Part shown: one piece after another, positions 8,653 through 18,006 of the stretch
How the letters are laid out: the number at the start of each line of letters is the position of its first letter
Position numbering within the stretch: position 1 is the stretch's first letter
DNA from: an uncultured Gemmatimonadales bacterium
GTDB taxonomy: Bacteria; Gemmatimonadota; Gemmatimonadetes; Gemmatimonadales; GWC2-71-9
Assembly (NCBI GenBank): GCA_963779755.1
Contig: CAVZZO010000001.1
Location: forward strand, 1,280,001 to 1,344,000
Direction: 5' to 3'
DNA length: 64,000 bases
The notes under the pieces: generated by a model
Database searches by the model: none
Seen by the model: only the letters and a program-made list of their open reading frames with translations
Told to the model about the DNA's origin: nothing
Made by a program: the position numbers and the translations under genes

Positions 8653-9933
8653 TCAGCCCTTGCTCGTCACCCGCTCTGCCTCCCGCCATCCGATATCCCG
8701 GCGGAAGATCCTGCCGTCATAACTGATTGCCTCAGCGCCGGCGCGGCTCTGCTGCTGGGCCTCGGAGAAGGTGGACCCGACGCCGGTAACGGCCAGCACC
8801 CGGCCCCCGGCCACCCGCAGGACGCCGGCGTCGTCTCTCGCGGTGCCGGCGTGGAACACCAGGAGCGCGGGCGGAAGGCCGTCGGGGATGGTGATGGCCG
8901 CGCCCTTCTCGGGCTTTTCCGGGTAGCCGCGGGCGGCGAGTACGGTGGTAACCGCGGCGCCCGGGTTGGTGGCGAGCGGAGCCGGCGCCCGTCCATGGGC
9001 AATGGCGATCATGGCCGACAGGAGCCCGCCGCGCACCAGCGGCAGCACTGCCTGCGCCTCGGGGTCGCCCAGGCGGCAGTTGAACTCGACCACCCGCAGG
9101 GCATCCCGCGAGCCGATCATGAGGCCGGCGTAGAGCACGCCCGCGAAGGGGCAGCCGTCGTGGGCCATCTGCACCAGGGTGGGCTGGATGATCTCGCGGC
9201 CCGCCCGCTCCAGCAATCCGGGGGTAGCGATCGACACCGGGCTGTACGCGCCCATCCCTCCGGTATTGGGTCCGCAGTCTCCTTCGCCGATGCGCTTGTG
9301 ATCCTGCGCCGCGGGGAGCAGCACGTAGTCCTGGCCGTCGGTGAGGGCGAAGACCGACAGCTCTTCGCCTTCCATGAACTCCTCCACCACGATCTCCTGG
9401 CCGGCATCGCCCATGGCGCCGCCCAGCATGGCCTCGGCCGCCTGCGCCGCCTCGGCGCGCGAGGCGCAGACCAGCGCGCCCTTGCCCGCGGCCAGCCCCG
9501 AGGCCTTCACTACCAGCGGCTCGGGATGCCGGTCGATCCACGCCCGGGCTTCTTCCAGCCGGCGGAAGCTCCGGCTGCCGGCTGTCGGGACGCCGGCGCG
9601 CTGCATGACTTCCTTGGCGAACGACTTGGAGGCTTCGATGCGGGCGGCCGCCGCGCTGGGCCCGAAGACCGGCCGGCCTTCGGACTGCAGGCGGTCCGCC
9701 AGCCCCAGTGCCAGGGGAACCTCGGGGCCGACGACCGTGAGATCGATGTCGTACTCCGCGACGGCGGCGACCAGGCGGGCGATGTCGTGGGCGGGAACAG
9801 GAAGATTGGTGGCGAGGAGGGCGGTGCCGGGGTTACCGGGAGCGCAGAAGAGTTGGGCCGAGGGGTCGTCGCGACGGAGGGCCCAGAGCAGCGCATGCTC
9901 CCGGCCCCCTCCCCCGATTACCAGGATCTTCAC
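8653..9933 (-). CDS. purD: Phosphoribosylamine--glycine ligase
   Basis: MKILVIGGGGREHAL, KASGLAAGKG, QDHKR, GPNTGGMGAY, EFNCRLGDPE. Confidence 0.97.
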   Translation of the reverse strand: MKILVIGGGGREHALLWALRRDDPSAQLFCAPGNPGTALLATNLPVPAHDIARLVAAVAEYDIDLTVVGPEVPLALGLADRLQSEGRPVFGPSAAAARIEASKSFAKEVMQRAGVPTAGSRSFRRLEEARAWIDRHPEPLVVKASGLAAGKGALVCASRAEAAQAAEAMLGGAMGDAGQEIVVEEFMEGEELSVFALTDGQDYVLLPAAQDHKRIGEGDCGPNTGGMGAYSPVSIATPGLLERAGREIIQPTLVQMAHDGCPFAGVLYAGLMIGSRDALRVVEFNCRLGDPEAQAVLPLVRGGLLSAMIAIAHGRAPAPLATNPGAAVTTVLAARGYPEKPEKGAAITIPDGLPPALLVFHAGTARDDAGVLRVAGGRVLAVTGVGSTFSEAQQQSRAGAEAISYDGRIFRRDIGWREAERVTSKG

Positions 9934-10946
9934 TTCTTCTGCGCGTTGCGGAAGGCCTCTCCCACCTTCTCCGCGGCCCGTTTGGCGGCGTCCACCACCT
10001 GGCCGGCGGCCTGGCGCGCCTCGCGGGCATAGTAGCCGCCCGCTTCTTTCATGTGGTCGCTGATCGGCCGCTCGGCCGTACCCGGTCCCCGGCGGGGATA
10101 CTCACCCCGGAGGATGCGGTCGTAATCGCCGGCCGCCAGCCACTGCTGCAGCTCCGCCGCCCGAACGGTGTTCATCGGATGCGTCAGCCCCAGGGTGTTG
10201 ATCACCTTATACACCAGCGCCAGGCCGTCACTGGCCTCGTTGTATTCGTGCGCCTGGCGCATGAAGGCTTCCACGTTCATGTGGTCGTTGAAGCCGATCT
10301 CCCGGCCGCCGCCGGCCATGGTCATGAGCAGCTTCTGCGCCGCGACAACGTCCTGGCTGCCCAGCAGGCCGGCCCGGTCGGCCGATAGCTCCGATTTCCG
10401 GGACCATTCCAGGAAGGCCAGCTTGAGCGGCAGCAGCGCCAGTCCGGCCAGCATGGGCAGCGCGGCGACACTCACCACCGCCAGGATAGCGGCGATGGTG
10501 CGGTAGAAGGCATGGCCGCTGATCACGTGCCCCATCTCGTGGGCCAGGAGCACGCGCAGCTCGTCTTCGTGCAGCATCTCCAGCGCCGCCGAATGCAGTA
10601 CGATGAACGGATCGTCCATGCCGTAGGCACCGGCATTGAAGACCGGCGTCTGGGAGATGTAGAGCTCCGGCACCCTGGGCCAGTCGAACGTGGTACAGAC
10701 TTCCACGTGCAGCATCCAGACCTTGGGAAACTGCTCCGGCCCCACCCGGACCGCGTTCCCCTGAAACAGAAGCCGGATGCCCTGCTCGCCGCCCAACAGG
10801 GCCACAATCTTCCGGATGACGTCCTCAAAGCCGGGAAGACTCCGCAGGCTCTGCAGGGCTGCCCGGTCGGCCGGATGCTCCCAGCTGACCGGGGCAATGT
10901 CTGGAAAGGTGCGTCGCGGCCGGGCCGCGGGCGTGGTGGTTGTCAT
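9930..10946 (-). CDS. M48-family zinc metallopeptidase
   Basis: WEHPADRAAL, HEMGH zinc motif, ELSADRAG, THP; GTGA overlap with purD. Confidence 0.88.
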   Translation of the reverse strand: MTTTTPAARPRRTFPDIAPVSWEHPADRAALQSLRSLPGFEDVIRKIVALLGGEQGIRLLFQGNAVRVGPEQFPKVWMLHVEVCTTFDWPRVPELYISQTPVFNAGAYGMDDPFIVLHSAALEMLHEDELRVLLAHEMGHVISGHAFYRTIAAILAVVSVAALPMLAGLALLPLKLAFLEWSRKSELSADRAGLLGSQDVVAAQKLLMTMAGGGREIGFNDHMNVEAFMRQAHEYNEASDGLALVYKVINTLGLTHPMNTVRAAELQQWLAAGDYDRILRGEYPRRGPGTAERPISDHMKEAGGYYAREARQAAGQVVDAAKRAAEKVGEAFRNAQKK

Positions 10947-11010
10947 GGCGACTGCTCTGGTTGAGGTGCGCAGCCCTACGTTGGGCTCCCGCACTAGTTT
11001 CAGCCTGTAA

Positions 11011-11069
11011 CGGGTGAGGCGTAAGGCGTAAGGGGTGCTGCGGTTACGTCTTACGTCTCACGTCTTACG
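11011..11069. repeat. Inverted pair of heptamer tracts (CGTRAGG / TCTYACG)
   Basis: gtgaggcgtaaggcgtaagg ... ttacgtcttacgtctcacgtcttacg; the right arm contains the stop of the minus-strand PLP enzyme gene. Confidence 0.85.
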
Positions 11070-12231
11070 CTTTCATTGCCTGCTCCAGATCCTCCTTCAG
11101 GTCTTCCAGGTCCTCGATGCCGCAGCTCAGCCGGATGAGGCTGTCGGTGAGGCCCATTTTCTGGCGCAGCGCCAGCGGGACCGAAGCGTGGGTCATCGAC
11201 GCCGGGTGGCCAATCAGGCTTTCGACGCCTCCCAGCGATTCGGCCAGGCTGAAGATGCGGGTGCGCTCCGCCATGCGGCGCGCCCGGGCCGGGTCGCCCA
11301 GCTCGATCGAGATCATGCCGCCGAATCCGCTCATCTGGCGGCAGGCCAGTTCATGCTGCGGGTGTGAGGGCAGGCCGGGGTAGTACACCTTCTGCACCGC
11401 GGGATGCCGGGAGAGCCACTGGGCCAGCGCCCGGCCGGTCCTGTCGTGCTGCCGCATGCGGATCGCCAGGGTCTTGGTGCCGCGCAGGGCCAGGAAGCAG
11501 TCCATGGGGCCGGGCACCGCTCCGGCGGCGTTCTGGATGAAGCCCAGCCGCTCGGCCAGGTCGTCCCGCCGGGTTATGACCAGGCCGCCGACCATGTCGC
11601 TGTGGCCGTTCAGGTACTTGGTGGTTGAGTGGACGACCAGGTCGGCGCCCAGTTCGAGCGGGCGCTGGAACACCGGTGTGGCGAACGTATTGTCCACCGC
11701 CAGGAGCAGTCCGCGGGCCTGCGTGAGATCGGCTACCGCCGCGAGATCCGTGAGGATCATCATCGGGTTGGTGGGCGTTTCGCAAAAGACCAGGCGGGTG
11801 GCCGGGGTGAGCGCCTGCTCCACCTGGCCGATCTCGCTCATGTCCACGAAGCTGAACTTCAGTCCCAGCCGGGTATAGATCTGCTGCATCAGGCGATGGG
11901 TGCCGCCGTAGACGTTCTCGCCGCAGATCACATGGTCGCCTGCCTGGAGCAGCTTGAGCACCGCGTCTATGGCGCCGAGCCCGGAGCTGTAGGCAAATCC
12001 GTGCAGCCCCCCCTCCAGTACCGCGACATTCCGCTCCAGGGCCTCGCGGGTGGGGTTGCGAGTCCGGGCGTACTCGTAGCCCCGGTTACGGCCGATGCCT
12101 TCCTGCACGTAGGTGGAGGTCTGATAGATCGGGGTCATGACGGCCCCGGCCAGCGGATCCGGCTGCTGGCCGGCATGAACCGCTCGGGTGCTGAAGCCGG
12201 TGCCCTGCTCGTCCGACAGAATCCTGGTCAT
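11065..12231 (-). CDS. Cystathionine gamma-synthase/lyase family PLP enzyme (MetB/MccB-like)
   Basis: PIYQTSTY, YARTRNPTR, ETPTNP, DNTFATP, HSTTKYLNGHSD, AESLGGVESL. Confidence 0.92.
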   Translation of the reverse strand: MTRILSDEQGTGFSTRAVHAGQQPDPLAGAVMTPIYQTSTYVQEGIGRNRGYEYARTRNPTREALERNVAVLEGGLHGFAYSSGLGAIDAVLKLLQAGDHVICGENVYGGTHRLMQQIYTRLGLKFSFVDMSEIGQVEQALTPATRLVFCETPTNPMMILTDLAAVADLTQARGLLLAVDNTFATPVFQRPLELGADLVVHSTTKYLNGHSDMVGGLVITRRDDLAERLGFIQNAAGAVPGPMDCFLALRGTKTLAIRMRQHDRTGRALAQWLSRHPAVQKVYYPGLPSHPQHELACRQMSGFGGMISIELGDPARARRMAERTRIFSLAESLGGVESLIGHPASMTHASVPLALRQKMGLTDSLIRLSCGIEDLEDLKEDLEQAMKA

Positions 12232-12399
12232 GTAACCCGTGGCTGGAGGTGAAGATCCGGCGGTGAGGAAGGTTAGGCCCGGTGCAGACGGGCGGCAAGC
12301 TGCCGGGGAGGAGTCTCCTGGGCCCGGCGGCCCGTGACGAGGCGCCGGGCCTGCGGGACTCTCATTGAAGAAGCGCCCCATCCTGAGTAGGTTCGCCCT

Positions 12400-13461
12400 G
12401 TGACTGCATCTCCCTTACAACTCGAGTCCTCCGTCGCCACCGCACGCTGCCTGGTGGTGGACGATGACGAAAAAGTCCGCCGGGCGCTGGTCCGGGTGAT
12501 CGAAGGCCAGGGCCTGCAGTGTCTGGAGGCGTCCTCGGGCAGCGAGGCCCTGGCGGTCCTGGAGCGGGCCGGCGCCGTGCCCCTGGTGGTCAGCGATATC
12601 CACATGCCCGGGATGGACGGGATCACCCTGCTGCGCGAGCTCCGGCAGCGCTACCCGGATACCGCCGTCATGATGCTGACGGCGGTTTCCGACGTGCAGA
12701 CAGCGGTGACCTGCCTGCAACTCGGCGCCATGGATTACATCGGCAAGCCGGTCATCATCGACGAGGTCCGGGCGCGCGTGTCGCAGGTGCTGGAGAAGCG
12801 CGATCTTATCCTGCAGAACCGCTTCTACCAGAAGCACCTGGAGGAGCGGGTGCGACAGCAGGCGCGCCGTATCAAGGAGGTGTTCCTCGAAGGGGTGCAG
12901 GCGCTGGTGCAGGCCCTGGAGGCGAAGGACCCCTACACCCGGGGCCATTCCCGGCGGGTGAGCCAGTACGCGGTCAGGACGGCGGTGCAGCTGGGCCTCA
13001 CCGGCGACCTGCTGGAGGACATCCGGATCGGCGGCGATCTGCACGACATCGGCAAGATCGACACCCCCGAGAGCATTCTGAACAAGCCGGGACCGCTGAC
13101 CGATGTGGAATACGAGCGGGTTACCCGGCACACGGTGCTGGGCGAGCGTATCCTGTCGTCCTTTCTGCGGGAATCCCCGGTGGTGCTGCGCATCACCCGG
13201 TCCCACCACGAGCGCCTCGACGGGCGCGGCTTCCCCGACCGCCTGAAGGGCACCGCTATCCCCTTCGAAGCCCGGCTGGTGTCGGTGGTCGACGCCTTCG
13301 ACGCCATGACGACCAACCGCGCCTACCGCGAAGCGTACACTCCCGCCGACGCCTGCAAGGAGCTGCAGGTCTGCGCCGGCACCCACTTTGATCCCGACGT
13401 GGTTGAGGCCTTCCTGAAGGCGTTCGGCACCAACCTCGACGCCCTGCCCATCTCAGTGTAG
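12400..13461 (+). CDS. Response regulator with HD-GYP phosphodiesterase domain (RpfG-like)
   Basis: REC: VVDDD, SDIHMPGMDG, GKP. HD-GYP: GHSRRV, LHDIGK, HHERLDGRGFP, DAFDAMTTNRAYR. Confidence 0.92.
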   Translation: MTASPLQLESSVATARCLVVDDDEKVRRALVRVIEGQGLQCLEASSGSEALAVLERAGAVPLVVSDIHMPGMDGITLLRELRQRYPDTAVMMLTAVSDVQTAVTCLQLGAMDYIGKPVIIDEVRARVSQVLEKRDLILQNRFYQKHLEERVRQQARRIKEVFLEGVQALVQALEAKDPYTRGHSRRVSQYAVRTAVQLGLTGDLLEDIRIGGDLHDIGKIDTPESILNKPGPLTDVEYERVTRHTVLGERILSSFLRESPVVLRITRSHHERLDGRGFPDRLKGTAIPFEARLVSVVDAFDAMTTNRAYREAYTPADACKELQVCAGTHFDPDVVEAFLKAFGTNLDALPISV

Positions 13462-13479
13462 AGCGCTATCTTTGCGCGC

Positions 13480-14850
13480 ATGTCCGACACCTTGATGATC
13501 AGTGTCTCGGGGATGCGCGGGATCGTCGGCACCGATCTCACCCCCGAGCTCGTGACACGGCATGCCGCCGCGCTCGCCGCCTGGGCAGCCGCCAACAGCG
13601 CGCCCCGGGTGGTCCTCGGCCGGGATGCCCGTACCAGCGGGCCCATGTTCGCTCACGCCGCCGCCGCGGGCATCATGTCGGTCGGGGCGGAGGTGATCGA
13701 CGTGGGGCTGGTGCCCACCCCCACGGTGCAGCTTGCCGTCGAGCACCATCACGCCGGCGCGGGACTCATTCTCACCGCCAGCCACAATCCCATCGAGTGG
13801 AACGCCCTCAAGTTCGTGGGGCCCGACGGCATCTTCCTCGATGCCGATGCCGGGGCCGCCGTGCGGTCCCTGGCCGAACGGGGACCGGAGCGGGCCGGCT
13901 GGGAACGGATTGGCGCCTGGCGCAATGATCCTGATGCCGTCACGCGGCACCTCGAGGGGATCTTCGCGCTCGATGTGATCGACATCGCATCCATCCGGCG
14001 CCGCCGGTTCAAAGTTGCCTTGGATTGTGTTCGGGGCGCCGGCGGCAGCATCATGCCCGCCCTGCTGGAGCGGCTCGGGTGCGAGGTGGCCGGCATCAAT
14101 ATGGAAACGGACGGCCGCTTTCCCCGCCCCCCTGAGCCTGTGCCGGCCAATCTGGGCGAGTTATCGCGGCTGGTCCGCGACCATGGCGCCGACGTCGGGC
14201 TGGCCGTGGATCCCGATGTCGACCGCCTCGCCCTGGTGGACGAACAGGGAGAACCGATTGGGGAGGACTACACCCTGGCCTTCGCCGTGCAATCGGTGCT
14301 GGGTGGTGGTGCGGGGGACGGCTCACCGGTCGTGGTGGCCAACCTTTCGACCAGCCTGGTGGTGGAGGATGCCGCTCGTGCCGCGGGCGCCCGCCTGGTG
14401 CGCGCGCCGGTGGGCGAGGCCAATGTGGCTCGCACGATTCTTCGCGAGGGCGCGGCCATCGGCGGGGAGGGGAACGGGGGCGTCATGTACCCGGCCCTGC
14501 ATGTGGGGCGGGACGCTCCACTGGGCGTGGCGCTAATCTTGCAGTTATTTGCGCGCGTCGGCCAGCCGCTTTCCGCGTTGGTGGCCGCATCGCCCCGCTA
14601 CACGATCGTCAAGGGTAAAGGCCAGAGGGGCAAAGACTTGGCCCCGGTGTACCAGGCGCTGCGCGCTCGCTTTCCCGACGCGGCGGCCGATGACCGCGAT
14701 GGCCTGCGACTGGCCTGGCCGGACCGCTGGGTACACCTGCGGCCCTCCGGTACGGAGCCCATCGTGCGGTTCATCGCGGAGGCTCCCACCCGGGCCGATG
14801 CCGAGGCGCTGGTGGCGCTCTGCCAGGAACTGACGACGGCTCAAGGCTGA
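13480..14850 (+). CDS. glmM: Phosphoglucosamine mutase
   Basis: SGMRG, TASHNP, DPDVDR, GGEGNGG, RPSGTEP; directly upstream of glmS. Confidence 0.88.
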   Translation: MSDTLMISVSGMRGIVGTDLTPELVTRHAAALAAWAAANSAPRVVLGRDARTSGPMFAHAAAAGIMSVGAEVIDVGLVPTPTVQLAVEHHHAGAGLILTASHNPIEWNALKFVGPDGIFLDADAGAAVRSLAERGPERAGWERIGAWRNDPDAVTRHLEGIFALDVIDIASIRRRRFKVALDCVRGAGGSIMPALLERLGCEVAGINMETDGRFPRPPEPVPANLGELSRLVRDHGADVGLAVDPDVDRLALVDEQGEPIGEDYTLAFAVQSVLGGGAGDGSPVVVANLSTSLVVEDAARAAGARLVRAPVGEANVARTILREGAAIGGEGNGGVMYPALHVGRDAPLGVALILQLFARVGQPLSALVAASPRYTIVKGKGQRGKDLAPVYQALRARFPDAAADDRDGLRLAWPDRWVHLRPSGTEPIVRFIAEAPTRADAEALVALCQELTTAQG

Positions 14851-14871
14851 AAAGGCTGAAGAGGACAGATC

Positions 14872-16701
14872 ATGTGCGGAATTGTCGGCTATATAGGGCC
14901 CCGGAATGCGGCGGAGTTGCTGCTCGACGGCCTGCGGCGGCTGGAATATCGCGGCTATGACTCCGCCGGCCTGGCCGTGGTGAACGGCAAGGGGCTCGAT
15001 CTCACCAAGACCGCCGGCAAGCTCACCGTGCTGGAAGAACAGCTGGGCAACCGCATCCCTCAGGGCACGGTGGGCATCGGGCACACGCGCTGGGCCACCC
15101 ACGGCGCTCCCACGTCCATCAACGCCCATCCGCACACCGATCAGAGCGGCCATATCGCCCTGATCCACAACGGGATCATCGAGAACTCCCGGACCATCCG
15201 GCAGGCGCTGGAGAAGCGGGGTCATACCTTCACGTCCGAGACCGACACCGAGGTGCTGACGCACCTGATCGGCGAGCTGTACGAGGACAGCCTGGAAGAG
15301 GCCGTGGCCGCCGCGCTGCGCGACGTGGACGGCGCCTACGGCATTGCCGTGATCAGCAGCCGCGAGCCCGACACCCTGGTAGCCGCGCGCAACGGCTCTC
15401 CCCTGCTCCTCGGCGTGGGCGAGCACGAATGGTTCGTGGCCTCCGATGCCTCCGCCCTGCTGGCGCACACCCGCTCAGTGGTCTATCTCGACGACGGCGA
15501 GATGGTCGTGATCAACCGCAACAGCGGCTATCATGTCCGCGACCTGGCCGCCACGCGTATCGAAAAGCCCATCAACCGGATCGACTGGGATCTCGCCACC
15601 ATCGAGCGCGGCGGCTACCCCCACTTCATGCTGAAGGAGATCTGCGAGCAGGCGGAGAGTGTGGAAAACACCCTGCGCGGCCACCTGCTGGAGGAAGAAG
15701 GCACCGCCCGGGTTCACGGCCTCAACCTGAACGACGAGGCTATCGCGAAGATCCAGCGGATCGTCATTACCGCCTGCGGCACCTCCTGGCACTCCGGGCT
15801 GATCGGCGAGTACCTGCTGGAGGAAATGGCCCGCATCCCGGTGGAGGTGGAATACGCCTCCGAGTTCCGCTACCGCAATCCGGTGGTGGACGACCGCACC
15901 CTGGTGATCGCCATCTCGCAGTCGGGCGAAACCGCCGACACCCTGGCCGCCATCCGCGAGGCCAAGTCGCGGGGGGCCCGGACCGTCGGCGTGGTGAACG
16001 TGGTGGGCAGCACCATCGCGCGCGAGGTGGACGGCGGCATCTACCTGCACGCGGGGCCGGAGATCGGCGTGGCCAGTACCAAGGCGTTCACCAGCCAGGT
16101 GGCCGCGCTCACGCTCATCGCCCTGCGCTTCGCCCGGCTGCGCGACATGAGCATTCTGCAGGGGCGGGAGTTCATCCAGGAGCTGAAGCGCCTGCCCGAT
16201 CTGATCCGGGAAATCCTCGAGCGGTCCGGCGAGGTGGAAGCCCTGGCGGCGCGTTACTGGCAAGCCACCAACGCCCTCTACCTCGGACGGGGAGTAAACT
16301 TCCCCACCGCGCTGGAAGGGGCGCTCAAGCTCAAGGAGATCTCCTACATCCACGCCGAGGGTTATCCCGCGGCGGAAATGAAACACGGGCCCATCGCCCT
16401 GATCGACGAAAACATGCCGGTGGTGTTCATCGCCCCGCGCGACGCCGTGCACAGCAAGATCGTCAGCAACGTGGAAGAGGTCAAAGCCCGCGGCGGCCAG
16501 GTCATCGCCCTGGTCAACAGCGGCGACACCGAAATGACCCGCCTCGCCGACGCGACCTTTACCATCCCGGAAACCCACGACCTGCTGACCCCCATCCTCA
16601 CCAGCATCCCGCTGCAGCTCTTCGCCTATTACGTCGCGGTGCGCCGGGGCTGCAACGTGGACCAGCCGCGGAATCTGGCCAAATCGGTGACGGTGGAATA
16701 A
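14872..16701 (+). CDS. glmS: Glutamine--fructose-6-phosphate transaminase
   Basis: MCGIVG, LEYRGYDSAG, GHTRWATHG, SQSGETADT, PRNLAKSVTVE. Confidence 0.98.
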   Translation: MCGIVGYIGPRNAAELLLDGLRRLEYRGYDSAGLAVVNGKGLDLTKTAGKLTVLEEQLGNRIPQGTVGIGHTRWATHGAPTSINAHPHTDQSGHIALIHNGIIENSRTIRQALEKRGHTFTSETDTEVLTHLIGELYEDSLEEAVAAALRDVDGAYGIAVISSREPDTLVAARNGSPLLLGVGEHEWFVASDASALLAHTRSVVYLDDGEMVVINRNSGYHVRDLAATRIEKPINRIDWDLATIERGGYPHFMLKEICEQAESVENTLRGHLLEEEGTARVHGLNLNDEAIAKIQRIVITACGTSWHSGLIGEYLLEEMARIPVEVEYASEFRYRNPVVDDRTLVIAISQSGETADTLAAIREAKSRGARTVGVVNVVGSTIAREVDGGIYLHAGPEIGVASTKAFTSQVAALTLIALRFARLRDMSILQGREFIQELKRLPDLIREILERSGEVEALAARYWQATNALYLGRGVNFPTALEGALKLKEISYIHAEGYPAAEMKHGPIALIDENMPVVFIAPRDAVHSKIVSNVEEVKARGGQVIALVNSGDTEMTRLADATFTIPETHDLLTPILTSIPLQLFAYYVAVRRGCNVDQPRNLAKSVTVE

Positions 16702-16792
16702 GGGATCAGGGACCAGGAATCGGGAATCAGGGCCCTTCCTCCCCGCCGGGATGGGAGGGCCTCTTGTTCCTGGCCCCCGGTTCCTGATCCCC
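16702..16792 (+). terminator. Long foldback after glmS: GGGAATC/GGGATCA repeat arm, central hairpin, complementary arm
   Basis: gggatcagggaccaggaatcgggaatcag-ggcccttcctcccc...gggatgggagggcc-ttcctggcccccggttcctgatcccc. Confidence 0.65.
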
Positions 16793-16949
16793 CGTGCCTT
16801 CAGGGCCCCTCGCTGATCCTCCTGAACTCATACACCAGCGGATCCACGAAATCCGGCCCCACGCTGAACCGCAGGCTGGTGGCGTCCGGGGCTTGCCGGG
16901 ACGGCGGGCCGGCCCTTCATTCCTCCATTCCCGATTCCCGATTCCTCTC

Positions 16950-17393
16950 ATGCGAGTCGTACTTCAGCGCGTCTCCCGTGCCAGCGTCGCGATCGACGGC
17001 CGGGTCCGGGGCCGCATCGGCCGCGGGTTCTGTCTCCTGGTCGGCTTCCGCACCGGCGATACGGCAGCTCTGGCCGACTGGATGGCGGAAAAGATCGCCG
17101 GCCTCCGGCTCTTTGCCGATGCCGGCGGAAAGATGAACCTCGGGCTGGCCGACGTGGACGGCGCGGTCCTGGTGGTCTCCCAGTTCACCCTGTACGGTGA
17201 CACCGCCCGCGGCCGGCGCCCCTCCTTTGTGGAGGCCGCCCGCCCGGAGACGGCGATTCCCCTCTACCGGCATTTCATCGCCGCGCTGAGGGAGCGCGGC
17301 TGCGCCGTCGAGACTGGCGAATTCGGCGCCATGATGGAGGTTGATCTGGTGAACGATGGCCCGGTAACGCTCATTCTCGAGCGCGAGACATGA
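16950..17393 (+). CDS. dtd: D-aminoacyl-tRNA deacylase
   Basis: MRVVLQRVSRASV, VVSQFTLYGD, GRRPSF, NDGPVT; preceded by an ATTCCCG repeat. Confidence 0.96.
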   Translation: MRVVLQRVSRASVAIDGRVRGRIGRGFCLLVGFRTGDTAALADWMAEKIAGLRLFADAGGKMNLGLADVDGAVLVVSQFTLYGDTARGRRPSFVEAARPETAIPLYRHFIAALRERGCAVETGEFGAMMEVDLVNDGPVTLILERET

Positions 17394-17965
17394 TTCCCCA
17401 TCTCACCCTGGCCTCCGGTTCTCCGCGGCGCCGCCAGCTGCTGGAGATGCTGGGGTTCTCGCTGGACGTACGCCCCTCGCACATTCCAGAGGAGTACCGC
17501 CCCGGCGAGCTGCCCAGCGAGTATGTCATCCGGCTGGCGGAGGCCAAGGCCGCCGCGGTGGTCGGCATCCTGGTGCTCGGCGCCGATACCACCGTGGTGC
17601 TGGGAGAGGAGGTGCTGGAGAAGCCGGCCGACGAAGCACACGCGCTGGAGATCCTGCGCAAGCTGCAGGGCCGCACCCACGAAGTGCACACAGCGGTGGC
17701 CCTCAAGGCCGACGGGGCCATCCGCAGCGCCGTGGACGTGACCCGCGTCAGCGTCCGTGCGGTGCGCGACCCGGTGCTCCGGGCCTATATCGCCACCGGG
17801 GAGCCGATGGATAAGGCCGGCGCCTACGGTATCCAGGGCTACGGCGCGGCCCTGATCGAGCGAATCGAGGGGGACTTCTTCGGCGTGATGGGCCTGCCGC
17901 TCCGGCTGGTGCTCGACCTGCTGGCCGAGGCGGGGCATCCGTATGAGTTCAACCTCACCCCCTGA
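17390..17965 (+). CDS. maf: Maf-family nucleoside triphosphate pyrophosphatase
   Basis: LASGSPRRRQLL, GADTTV, EPMDKAGAYGIQG, VMGLP. Confidence 0.95.
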   Translation: MIPHLTLASGSPRRRQLLEMLGFSLDVRPSHIPEEYRPGELPSEYVIRLAEAKAAAVVGILVLGADTTVVLGEEVLEKPADEAHALEILRKLQGRTHEVHTAVALKADGAIRSAVDVTRVSVRAVRDPVLRAYIATGEPMDKAGAYGIQGYGAALIERIEGDFFGVMGLPLRLVLDLLAEAGHPYEFNLTP

Positions 17966-18005
17966 CCCCCTCTCCACCTGGTGGAGAGGGGAATCGGGGG
18001 TGAGG
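17953..18005. repeat. REP-like palindrome between convergent genes (probable bidirectional terminator)
   Basis: cctcaccccctgaccccctctccac-ctg-gtggagaggggaatcgggggtgagg. Confidence 0.8.
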
Positions 18006-18006
18006 C

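Noticed and set aside
12232..12399. SAM riboswitch upstream of the Cys/Met PLP enzyme
   Set aside because: No recognisable SAM-I core (ATC.AGAG...GCAACC...GTGC) on the minus strand; an Rfam scan would be needed for other classes.
14851..14871. glmS ribozyme
   Set aside because: Only 21 bp separate glmM from glmS.
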